64,000 bases of DNA from a virus (lineage: Duplodnaviria > Heunggongvirae > Uroviricota > Caudoviricetes), in the IMG/VR virus record IMGVR_UViG_3300044557_000292, positions 160,001-224,000 of that record; one strand, given 5' to 3'. The notes below the pieces were generated by a model. That model had not been told where the DNA came from. It saw only the letters and a program-made list of their open reading frames with translations, and made no database searches. The number at the start of each line of letters is the position of its first letter. Position 1 is the stretch's first letter. This document shows, in pieces, positions 41,076-50,109 of the stretch. The translations under genes and the position numbers were made by a program.

Positions 41076-41987
41076 TTAGAGGACTGCCAGGATCATACTG
41101 CCAGTATTGTACGCGACATGCGTGAAGATACCAGGCCACAGCGTCTTCCACCTGTCCACATAGAATGACAGGATGGACCCAAGGATCCACGTGATGAGGA
41201 TCGTCAGGATCGTGGCCGACGAGAATGAGAGATCTGTGGACATGATGTGGGCGAGTGCAAAGATGAGGCCAGATCCAAGGAAGGACATGATCCTCCCCCT
41301 CCTCGTGTGGGTGAGCGCTGCCCATGACCTAGCAATCACGCCACGGAAGACGACCTCTTCCACGATTGGTATAAGCACGCCCGACAGAAGGATGAGCAGG
41401 ATCTTCACCCATATGCTTCCACTCTTGACAGCATCAATGATCTCCTGGGTAGACTTATTAGACCTGGCACCTCCCCCGGAGGGTGCGACGAGTCCGGCCA
41501 GCAGCCCAGCGCCCTGCAAGATGAGGAATATGATCACTGCCGTTCCAACGCCAATACCGAACGCCTTCAACCATGATGCCAACCTGCTGTTTCCCTTCAC
41601 CCGCATTCCCCGGGCTACGGTCTTCAGGCGGATCCCCAGGCCTCCATTCCAACGAACAGCCCTCCTAATCGGAGGGACGAGCAGTACGGCCAGGCTCATG
41701 ATCGGAGTGAAGACCAGCGTCCATAGCACGGACAGTTCGAGGATGAGTGTTGATGTTCTCATTCCTCCACTAGTCGTGATGACTATTCCACTAGACCCCG
41801 TGAGCGCGCGAGACATGATGACTGCAACGATGACAGCTGGTACTGACGCGAGCACGGCCATACCAATGAAGATGACGAACGCCGCCCAGATCGAGGTCAG
41901 CCGATCCCCCCTCACCCTGATTCCAGGATCCCCATCGCGACCACGATCACTTGCTGAAGACGTCTTCTGAACTCTCGTACTACTCAC
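41076..41987 (-). CDS. CPBP/CAAX (Abi) intramembrane protease, tandem paralog
   Basis: PIVEEVVFRG, FALAH, HVAYN. Confidence 0.88.
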   Translation of the reverse strand: MSSTRVQKTSSASDRGRDGDPGIRVRGDRLTSIWAAFVIFIGMAVLASVPAVIVAVIMSRALTGSSGIVITTSGGMRTSTLILELSVLWTLVFTPIMSLAVLLVPPIRRAVRWNGGLGIRLKTVARGMRVKGNSRLASWLKAFGIGVGTAVIIFLILQGAGLLAGLVAPSGGGARSNKSTQEIIDAVKSGSIWVKILLILLSGVLIPIVEEVVFRGVIARSWAALTHTRRGRIMSFLGSGLIFALAHIMSTDLSFSSATILTILITWILGSILSFYVDRWKTLWPGIFTHVAYNTGSMILAVL

Positions 41988-42172
41988 CCCTCATGCCTCA
42001 CCACTCCACGTGGAATCATCGTATGATTCCATAACAGATCATTACACTCATGTGTGATTAAGATATGCCCGTATCGAGTGCCATGTAAGCATGAGACTGT
42101 AATAGCAAGAGCATTAGGATAACCTGCCAGCGGCACGATGAGAAGCTCTATACCATTCTGGACCAAATGGCC

Positions 42173-44635
42173 TCAGACGATTGCCGGGTCTAAGTCCAGG
42201 TCGATCATACTGCTGCAATCAACGCCTCTAGACCAGTATGCGCTCGACTCCAGGACTGATTCCTCCACAGAACTCAAGAGGGGGGTCCTGCCATCACGGG
42301 TGGAGAGCACCTTCCCGATCTTCCTAGAATACGAGGTGATCGCGCTTGATGGCGCTTCGCCAAGATCAATCATGGCCGCCATCGCGAGGTCACGACCAAG
42401 CGCGCTCATACGAGCGTTCAGCAGGTTCCCGTCGCTCTTCCTCATAGCGTCACCAATCGACCTCACGGCCGCCCGCACTGTATCATCAACCATTGGAGAG
42501 GACGATGATGAGGACATTGGATCATCAGGAACGTGAGGAGATGACCTGCCCGAATCCCCAGGATCTGGAGGATCATTGCCCCAATCATCCGTTTCACCGT
42601 ACTCGGGGAGACTCTGTAGGAGGGCCTCGATTCCTTCGTAAGATGATCCGTTCGAGGAGGAGCGATCATTGTGGCGAGGATACGATGCCATCATCCCCTT
42701 AGACCGCTCGATCATCATCGCCCGGACACGATCGCGGATCCTCCTGAGAGCGCGTTTGACCGTCATGGATGAGACTCCAGTCATCACGGACAGCCTGTGG
42801 TTAGACGCGCCGCCACTCGTGAGGGCGACCCTCCAGATCATCACGTCCTGCTCACGGGCCTTCACCGCGGCAGTACGAGCTCCCGCGGACAAGTTCTTCC
42901 TCCTAGTCTTATTCTGCGCGGGACTCGAGGACAGCCCGCCCTTCCTTCCATTCTCCCTGCAACGCTCACGGGCCTCAGTCCCAGCAGTGGTAGTCCCATG
43001 ATAGTCAGGGCGATGCATCCTAGCGTAGTACCTCTTGACCTTACGGATGATCGAAGCGTATTCTGAAGCGTTGAACGGGTTACCATCATCCTCCTGGACT
43101 GTAACCATGCTAGCAACGTCTTCAGGATTGCCTCCATGCCACTGGAGCCACGTGGCCACCCTGAACATGACCGTGTTCCTATAACCCTTAGGTATCGTGA
43201 GCCCGCGTATCAGCTTGGGATCAAGGGCCTTGGAATCATTGAGAAGCATGGTCAGAGCGTCATCTGAACCACTGTCATCAGACACGACCACATCATCATC
43301 CACGCGACTGATCTTGAGGTGGACACGACCACTAGACATTGACCCCGCCGGGCACCACGACTCGTGTTCTACGAACCATGCTTTCAATGACTGCAACGTG
43401 TAGATCCTAACCTCACCGTTAGGGATCACGATCTCACGCCTGTTCTTCCCCACACCAAGCCCGATCCAGAACGGGTTCTGACTCCTAGACCCAACGAAGC
43501 ATGGGTCGCCCCCAATCAAGAACCTGAGAGTATGGGATGCCGCGCTGTACAACTTGCCCGCGCTCACGTTGCCCAGCATCCACGCGGGCACCTGCCAGCA
43601 GAACTGCGCGTGCCCGTTCGCATGATTCACGATCACCCAGGAGTACCGTGGGATAAGCCCGCCCCGGACCATCTTATCAACATGATCAAGCGAGTCATCC
43701 CTATCAACATCAATAAGAATCCCAGGATACGAGACGCTCCTAGAACCCGCGGTCCAATACCTCGAGTAGGGCGCCATGACCACAGGCTGGTAACGATCAT
43801 GATACCTGACCACGCTACTCTTCCCCGTGGACAGGATCGGTATCCTCCTCCTCACCATCTTGAACGAGACGCTAACTGGATCTGACTCCTCGTTGGAGAG
43901 ATCTTCAACCGTGTCAACGATCATCGCTGGGTTAGAGTACGTCTTAACGTTGTCTTCACTACCGTCTACTACCTCTGGAGTGTGGAGGAACGGGAGCGCC
44001 TCCATCGTCACTGGACCAGACCAGGAGTCAACAGATGCATGGTCGTCTAGCATTGACCTCATAACGGGATCTTCCGGTATGATCGTGATCCCATGGTCGT
44101 CATAACGGGCAGACCATCCTTCAAGGTCAGGAACAGAGCCACCGGCCACGTTCACGATGCCAACAGTCCTGAGGATGTCGATCAGCATCGTCCTGCCGGC
44201 GAGCACTCCAGACGAGTTCACCTGCCCTGCCACGCTACGATGAGACCAGAACCTCACGTCCACGCTGGATAAGACCCCCCATCTTCCCCTGCGGACAGCG
44301 TCATCAACGGCCATGGATAGCATTGGGTTCTGCTGGTACAGGCGCCTCATCAAGTCAACGGTGACCACATTCCTAAGATCATCTGGAATATCATCATCCA
44401 CCCAGTCCTTGAAGAGCAAGCCCCTGGCGATGCCGTCATAGAGTAGATCGTAGTCATCTTCGAATCGTTCGAGTGAGCCTACCGGGGATGGAGACTCATT
44501 AACAGCGAGGGATTCCTTGAACCATCTGACATCAGAGGACATGGAGTTCTGCTTGGGAAGACGCGCTTTCAAGGAATCTTGATTCCTCGCCCACCAGTTG
44601 AGGAGCTCAGGGCCAGTCAGTCTCGTCACGATCAC
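42173..44635 (-). CDS. repA: Plasmid replication initiator, ColE2/pAL5000-type replicase (primase + PriCT + HTH) with long extensions
   Basis: ILIDVDRDD, PRYSWVIVNHANGHAQ, IGGDPCF..SQNPF, GYRNTVMF (PriCT-1), GRKGG, HTH SNHRLSVMTGVSSMTVKRAL; GAGGAGGA RBS. Confidence 0.8.
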   Translation of the reverse strand: MIVTRLTGPELLNWWARNQDSLKARLPKQNSMSSDVRWFKESLAVNESPSPVGSLERFEDDYDLLYDGIARGLLFKDWVDDDIPDDLRNVVTVDLMRRLYQQNPMLSMAVDDAVRRGRWGVLSSVDVRFWSHRSVAGQVNSSGVLAGRTMLIDILRTVGIVNVAGGSVPDLEGWSARYDDHGITIIPEDPVMRSMLDDHASVDSWSGPVTMEALPFLHTPEVVDGSEDNVKTYSNPAMIVDTVEDLSNEESDPVSVSFKMVRRRIPILSTGKSSVVRYHDRYQPVVMAPYSRYWTAGSRSVSYPGILIDVDRDDSLDHVDKMVRGGLIPRYSWVIVNHANGHAQFCWQVPAWMLGNVSAGKLYSAASHTLRFLIGGDPCFVGSRSQNPFWIGLGVGKNRREIVIPNGEVRIYTLQSLKAWFVEHESWCPAGSMSSGRVHLKISRVDDDVVVSDDSGSDDALTMLLNDSKALDPKLIRGLTIPKGYRNTVMFRVATWLQWHGGNPEDVASMVTVQEDDGNPFNASEYASIIRKVKRYYARMHRPDYHGTTTAGTEARERCRENGRKGGLSSSPAQNKTRRKNLSAGARTAAVKAREQDVMIWRVALTSGGASNHRLSVMTGVSSMTVKRALRRIRDRVRAMMIERSKGMMASYPRHNDRSSSNGSSYEGIEALLQSLPEYGETDDWGNDPPDPGDSGRSSPHVPDDPMSSSSSSPMVDDTVRAAVRSIGDAMRKSDGNLLNARMSALGRDLAMAAMIDLGEAPSSAITSYSRKIGKVLSTRDGRTPLLSSVEESVLESSAYWSRGVDCSSMIDLDLDPAIV

Positions 44636-44832
44636 TCCTCCTCAACTCCAAATCTCATCCATAGCAATGGTTTCTGCGGCATCACAGGCTATCATACCAT
44701 TCTGATTCCATTATTAGGGATATTGCTATAAATCATCTAACTCATCCCGCTTACAAGCATAGTACCTCGTCGTCTGCCAGGAGTGACGCCAGACCCCAGA
44801 CCCATACCCCCATCAGGTGATGCTGGTGGGAT

Positions 44833-44866
44833 GCGGATGAGACGCCAGCGCGGATGAGACGCCAGC
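44833..44866. repeat. Tandem 17-bp direct repeat upstream of rep
   Basis: GCGGATGAGACGCCAGC twice; related GAGACGCC/GTGAGA words recur nearby. Confidence 0.85.
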
Positions 44867-45084
44867 ATTGTGGAGACAGCAGGACACGTATGATCGGCAA
44901 TAGGATCGTCGCATGGAGGATGACGTCAGACTAGGCTTGACTCCTCATCGTGTATCGTGTGAGATGCACGCATTGGTCGGGCGATCGTGTGAGACGCCTG
45001 CGCCAGCAGTGCTATGATCCTGGGGCATGCTCTCTCACGCCACCTGCAGCGTTGCTGTCATGGGGGGTCTGCCCGTTGGGTGTG

Positions 45085-45519
45085 GCCTTGAAGAAGCGGG
45101 AGGCGGTAGTGCTATAATCCTAGGATATGCTTCCTCGTGTTACACTAGAAGCGTTGCTATTACGCCCTTTCCCATTTCACTCCAGGAACATGGCATATTT
45201 TATTAATCTAACAAGATTCCGCCCATCGCGATGCCTTGAAGATGGCTTGGCCCGCTGTCTTGAGGAGAGGATGCTTGGCATGGCGTCTTGAAGATGCTTG
45301 GTGTGAGACCCCACGCCTTGGCCGGCTCGTCATGAAGATGCATGCCTTGAAGACTCTTGGATTGGCTTGGCTCGATGCCTTGAAGAAGCGGGAGGCGGCA
45401 GTGCTATAATCCTAGGATATGCTTCCTCGTGTTACACTAGAAGCGTTGCTATTACGCCCTTTCCCATTTCACTCCAGGAACATGGCATATTTTATTAATC
45501 TAACAAGATTCCGCCCATC
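45085..45519. repeat. Two 143-bp direct repeats (45085-45227 and 45377-45519) in the putative replication origin
   Basis: Identical except one T/C; 292-bp offset. A degenerate partial third copy lies at about 45007-45060, and the spacer carries several (C/T)CTTGAAGA words. Confidence 0.95.
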
Positions 45520-45598
45520 AAGGTGCTGGGCATCTGCCCACCCGTGTAGCTGGAGGTTCGCGGGGCTAATCGTCTGTGCCGCATTACCAGACTAGAAG

Positions 45599-45644
45599 AC
45601 AGATTGAGCCCCATGATTCCATATAATCATGGGGCTCAATCTGT
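45599..45644. terminator. Perfect 20-bp inverted repeat downstream of hsp20
   Basis: ACAGATTGAGCCCCATGATT-ccatat-AATCATGGGGCTCAATCTGT. Confidence 0.75.
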
Positions 45645-45703
45645 GATGGAAGCCAATCCATCTTATCTTATTCATTCACGTCAGCATGATGCGACGTGGG
45701 TCA

Positions 45704-46183
45704 TTACTCGACGGTGAATGTCTTCACGGAATCATCCCCAGCGTCTTCACGGTATGGGAGGTGGATCTTCAGGATTCCATCCTCCATTTTGGCCGTCAAC
45801 TTGTTCTCATCGAGGTGGTCGTCAACCGTGAATGTCTGGCGATACGACTTATGAGACGAGTGGTCCTTCGCGTCCTCCCTCTCTTCAACCGAGACGGTTA
45901 CGGTGTGCGGAGCTTCGACTTGAACCTTGACTTCTTCCTTCTTCACGCCGGGGAGGTCAATGTTCGCATCAACGGTCTTATCCTCGTTCTTGTAGAACCT
46001 CACCATACGGGGGTCATCCCTCAGAGCATCAAGATCGAATGCGTGGTTGAATCTTGGTCCAATGAAGTACGGTTCGCCGAATGCTCTTCCAAAGATGCTG
46101 TCAAGAGTCCTGAACGGACTGAGGAACGGGTCAACCTCCGCGCTCCTCGAGCCAAACGGTGTAATGTCAGTAGTCTTAGCCAT
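45704..46183 (-). CDS. Small heat-shock protein Hsp20 (alpha-crystallin)
   Basis: DLPGVKKEEVKV, YRQTFTV, AKMEDGILKIHLP; AAGGAGA RBS. Confidence 0.92.
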   Translation of the reverse strand: MAKTTDITPFGSRSAEVDPFLSPFRTLDSIFGRAFGEPYFIGPRFNHAFDLDALRDDPRMVRFYKNEDKTVDANIDLPGVKKEEVKVQVEAPHTVTVSVEEREDAKDHSSHKSYRQTFTVDDHLDENKLTAKMEDGILKIHLPYREDAGDDSVKTFTVE

Positions 46184-46251
46184 AATAACAATCTCCTTCT
46201 TTTTCTGTTATCAATGTAAGCAATGAGGTGCTTTCACATCTCTCATTACTC

Positions 46252-46278
46252 TTAACAACACGCGACGCAGATTATTCC
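46252..46278 (-). promoter_or_regulatory. SigH/SigR-type ECF promoter upstream of hsp20
   Basis: Minus strand GGAAT-N17-GTTAA matches the actinobacterial SigH/SigR consensus GGAA-N18-GTT. Confidence 0.55.
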
Positions 46279-46371
46279 AGGGTCTTACGAGAAGTGGAGA
46301 ATGATCGCCCGCCCTCATCTTCCATAACAGAATGATTCACGGGAGGGCCCATCTAAGCATATCATAATCAT

Positions 46372-47811
46372 ATGAGTTTATTTCATAAGGATAGGCCACG
46401 GAGCGAATCTGCGGACGAGCAGGGCACCCGGGCAGCGACGGCGGCGGAGGCCGAGAAGATAGCGCTCTCGGGTCGGTCGCTGCGTCAGCCAAAGAAGAGG
46501 TTAGACTTCCAGGACCAGGCTATCGTTGGCAACATCGTGTTCTCATCTAATGACGTGACAGCATACTACGAGATACCGACTACTATCTATGACTTCCTCT
46601 CCGCTGACAGGAAGGTGGCTATGGCCAACAAGCTTACGGCTGCCATAGCTGGTCTTGATAAGAACCAGGAGCGCGTTCTCGACATGCATCTAGAGATCAC
46701 GAATACTCCTATTGATGCCGATCAATGGGAGAAGGACTATCTTGAGGTTACGAAGACCTATAACAGTAAGAGCGGGTTCAGACAATTCCTGAATGATCAG
46801 GTGGATCTCCTCAAGAGTGGAGACTTCTATGAGAAGAGGGTGTTCATTGGCGTCGGCTTGGGTAAGAGACATGAGCTTGACACGGATATGATTAACCCGT
46901 TCAACGCTGGAATCAAGGACGCGTGGAATTACGCCACATCATACCTCGACCATGCGCTTCAATTCACGGACAAGTCAGTGTCAGAATCAGAACTGCGTCA
47001 CGCCCAGGCACAAGAGAAGGACTACTTCCTGAGCATCAGCCAATCTAGTCTTGGGGGGTACCGTGCGACTACCGAAGATCTCTCCCTGCTAGTCAAGAAG
47101 CCATTCTATCCATCCATGCCGGTTCCGTACGCGTCCATCGATGACGACGTGTGGGGGCGGGGGGACATGATCCGAGAGATTGGTGGTGTCATTGACACGA
47201 AGAACCCGTCCCTCATTAAGATCAGTCAGGTCATTAACGGGAGGATCAGGACGGGTTATAGAACCACACTCACCTTCAAGCAGTTCCCCGAGGGCACGAT
47301 GAACATACCGTACGGCATGCCGTGGCTCTATGCTAGCATCTTCTCGGGGGTTGGCGTACCGTTTGATATTAGCGCGCGGGCGAGCCTAGTACCGGCGAAG
47401 AAGATCAAGAAGGACATTGAGAAGGGCATAGCACAGTCGCTTGACGCTTATGATAACGCCCTTGGTGCAGACAGTGACCCCGGCATCGCGCTTACCGAGG
47501 AGGTCCAGAGGGGTCGAGAGATGCAAGCGCAGGTCACGAAGAATAAGGACCCGTGGCTCAGTGGCACGTACAGGATCATCATCACCGCGGAATCAGAGGA
47601 GCTACTAGACCAGTACTGTAAGATCATGACCTCATTCTATAACGAGAGTATGAATAACATCAAGCTCGTGAGAACATTCCATGATCAGGTTGATCTCCTC
47701 CTGGAGTCAATACCAGGTGATCATTTACGCGAGAATAGTTTCATTCAGACCACCAACATGGAGATGCTGTCAGCGTCCGGGTTCAACGTGCTCAACCAGG
47801 TAGGGGACTGA
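46372..47811 (+). CDS. N-terminal (non-ATPase) half of a TcpF/ConE-type VirB4
   Basis: GNIVFSSNDVTAYYEIPTTIYDFLSADRK resembles the TcpF/ConE N-terminus; DQ..LLLESIPG; ends at SASGFNVLNQVGD with no P-loop. Leaderless (TATCAT 6 nt before the ATG). Confidence 0.6.
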   Translation: MSLFHKDRPRSESADEQGTRAATAAEAEKIALSGRSLRQPKKRLDFQDQAIVGNIVFSSNDVTAYYEIPTTIYDFLSADRKVAMANKLTAAIAGLDKNQERVLDMHLEITNTPIDADQWEKDYLEVTKTYNSKSGFRQFLNDQVDLLKSGDFYEKRVFIGVGLGKRHELDTDMINPFNAGIKDAWNYATSYLDHALQFTDKSVSESELRHAQAQEKDYFLSISQSSLGGYRATTEDLSLLVKKPFYPSMPVPYASIDDDVWGRGDMIREIGGVIDTKNPSLIKISQVINGRIRTGYRTTLTFKQFPEGTMNIPYGMPWLYASIFSGVGVPFDISARASLVPAKKIKKDIEKGIAQSLDAYDNALGADSDPGIALTEEVQRGREMQAQVTKNKDPWLSGTYRIIITAESEELLDQYCKIMTSFYNESMNNIKLVRTFHDQVDLLLESIPGDHLRENSFIQTTNMEMLSASGFNVLNQVGD

Positions 47812-47820
47812 TCTAGACTG

Positions 47821-48555
47821 ATGAGTGACCTCGCGGAGATGAGTGGCATGGGGAAGATGGCAGACGAGACGACAGTACGAGATTCTAGTGATCCTAGCAA
47901 TCGTGTAGTGGGGAGCAATCACGCTTCGAGGTCTAGTACGGACCTCGGAAAGATATGGTCTATGATTGCTATCGTGATTGCAGGCATGATTCCAGTAGTC
48001 GTATTCCTCATTGTCTGGTCTCAGGCGTACTGGACTGTGGCGGGGTCATCAATGTACCCGACCCTTGTGGATGGTGACATTGTTTACGGCTCGAAGACTG
48101 TAGACAGTGCGTCTGTAGGGGATGAATCAATCATCGTGTTCAACAGGCCAACCGGGTGGTCTGATGGTGATTCTATACGGAACGATCCGCAGCTCGTGAA
48201 GAGGGTGTACGCGGTCGCCGGTGAGAAGATCTGCATTACTGATCACCACATGATCGTTCGGGCATCATGCTCTCGGGCTGCGCTCATGGGAGCTGGAGCT
48301 AATGATAGCAAGGTGAACCCGCCTGAGCTGTTAGACGAGACGTGCGACCGGGTCACTGACGGACAGGACGAGCTCACGGTTCCAAAGGGCAGGGTGTTCG
48401 TCCTGGGAGATAATGCTAACGTGTCGTATGATAGCAGGTACGCCTATTGCTCTGGTGAGGATCCGTTCATACCGGTTGACTCGATCAAGATGGTGGAATC
48501 GGGAGTGGTACCATTAGGTACTATGACTACGAGGATCATGGGGGTGTTTGATTGA
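47821..48555 (+). CDS. lepB: Signal peptidase I
   Basis: VAGSSMYPTL, LVKRV, VFVLGDN..SYDSRY. Confidence 0.9.
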   Translation: MSDLAEMSGMGKMADETTVRDSSDPSNRVVGSNHASRSSTDLGKIWSMIAIVIAGMIPVVVFLIVWSQAYWTVAGSSMYPTLVDGDIVYGSKTVDSASVGDESIIVFNRPTGWSDGDSIRNDPQLVKRVYAVAGEKICITDHHMIVRASCSRAALMGAGANDSKVNPPELLDETCDRVTDGQDELTVPKGRVFVLGDNANVSYDSRYAYCSGEDPFIPVDSIKMVESGVVPLGTMTTRIMGVFD

Positions 48556-49979
48556 AGATTGTCATTATCATAGCGCTGTCCGCCCTCATCACGTTCAGCC
48601 CGTTCATCCTGGCCTTCCTATGGTCCTGGCTCGAAGACCTCATGGCTAGGAGGAGGGCAGCGGCAGCCAACCGTCATGACTACGACGAGCTCATGAAGCG
48701 GGCGAATCATAGAAGCACGCTCATGGGACAGTTGCGCGCGGCCATGCAGGACAAGCGTCTAGTCGGCCTCATGAGGAAGGTCATGGTCCCCAAGCAGGAT
48801 GATCAGGGCAACCCCGTTGACAGGAAGGGCGATCCGGTAGATGATCCATCGCAGGCTGTCATGGTCCCGGCTAAGGACGATGATGGCAAGGTCATCAAGG
48901 AGTACAGGTTCGACAAGTTCACCGATGAGTACTGTAATCCACATCTTGAACAGAAGAATCCCCTTCCAGTTGATCCTGGTCCTAGGATTCCAGCATGGGT
49001 GACCTGTTATAAGCTGGGGTTTCTTGGATCATTCATGCTAGCATTTCTGGTTATCGCCATTGGGTTCTTGGCTGGACTTGTCATCCCGTTCATCGAGTCA
49101 TCTGTGGTGTTCGGCGTGATGAGGAGGCAGGGTCAGGCGTGCCTTGACTCGGACAAGCAGACGTGGGATAAGATCAACACGATCTACACGAAGTACTTTG
49201 GACAGCCTCCAGAGGGCGCAACTGTTCACGATATGGTGCAGATCATCGGATGGGAGGCCCCTGGCGAGTCACAGGCCATTGCTGACGCGATCGTGTATGC
49301 GTCTGAGATTGGTAAGGACGAGGAGGCAGAAGCGATCATCCACCCCAAGGATAAGAGGGGTCACGAGAAGAGGCCTCGCATAGCCAGGTTCCGTAACGTT
49401 CCGTCAGCTATGGTCATCAGGTTCGGTGCTAACTTCATGCGGGAGTCCATCAACGCTTTCATGAATCATCTCAACCAGACGATTGGCGGCGGCACGGTTG
49501 AGTGGGTCGCCCGGAGTGATGTGAACAAGAATGGTCACATCGTACAGAAGGATGGATGGGATTTCGATAAGCAGGAGGTCTGGCTGAAGACCATGCCACC
49601 GCTCCCGATGATGGCCAGTCTTCCCGAGGATCTTGACGAGACTCCATGGAACGTGATCAGGATAGGACGATCCGTGAGCGGTGAAGCCACCTGGGATCTT
49701 TCCGGACAGGGATGGGGAGCTAAGATGGAACGCGATGAGAACGGTCAGCTCCACCCGGTGATGGGCAAGGATGGTAAGCCGCTCCCAGATGACAAACATC
49801 AGTCCGAGCAGGCGGGCATAACTACCCCAATGAGCTTGATTCCGCTAGATGTGGACACGATGGTGTGGACGCTTGTACCGGTTGATGATGATGGGGATGA
49901 GATCGAGAATTCTAATGCGTCTGTCATCACTGATGATCATGATGCTGGCGAGGAGTCATCAGCTCTTTACACGAACTGA
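48552..49979 (+). CDS. N-terminal part of an FtsK/TcpA-like membrane ATPase, ending in an intein-N-like peptide
   Basis: TM segments; PPLP..LP, WNVIRIGRSVSGEATWDL..PMSLI (pre-Walker A strand), then PLDVDTMVWT and an acidic tail. Confidence 0.5.
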   Translation: MKIVIIIALSALITFSPFILAFLWSWLEDLMARRRAAAANRHDYDELMKRANHRSTLMGQLRAAMQDKRLVGLMRKVMVPKQDDQGNPVDRKGDPVDDPSQAVMVPAKDDDGKVIKEYRFDKFTDEYCNPHLEQKNPLPVDPGPRIPAWVTCYKLGFLGSFMLAFLVIAIGFLAGLVIPFIESSVVFGVMRRQGQACLDSDKQTWDKINTIYTKYFGQPPEGATVHDMVQIIGWEAPGESQAIADAIVYASEIGKDEEAEAIIHPKDKRGHEKRPRIARFRNVPSAMVIRFGANFMRESINAFMNHLNQTIGGGTVEWVARSDVNKNGHIVQKDGWDFDKQEVWLKTMPPLPMMASLPEDLDETPWNVIRIGRSVSGEATWDLSGQGWGAKMERDENGQLHPVMGKDGKPLPDDKHQSEQAGITTPMSLIPLDVDTMVWTLVPVDDDGDEIENSNASVITDDHDAGEESSALYTN

Positions 49980-50109
49980 GCATCTAATTCCTTTCTCAAG
50001 ATAATGCTCAGATTGTGTTCTAACGACTTCTATTGCCAGTGAGTAAAAAAAACACGTGCCATGATAGATCGTGCGTCTAAGGCGCGTTAGAACACGTCTG
50101 AGAGGTGAA

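Noticed and set aside
44780-45530. CRISPR array
   Set aside because: Repeats are 143 bp x2 or short and irregularly spaced; there is no repeat-spacer periodicity and no cas genes.
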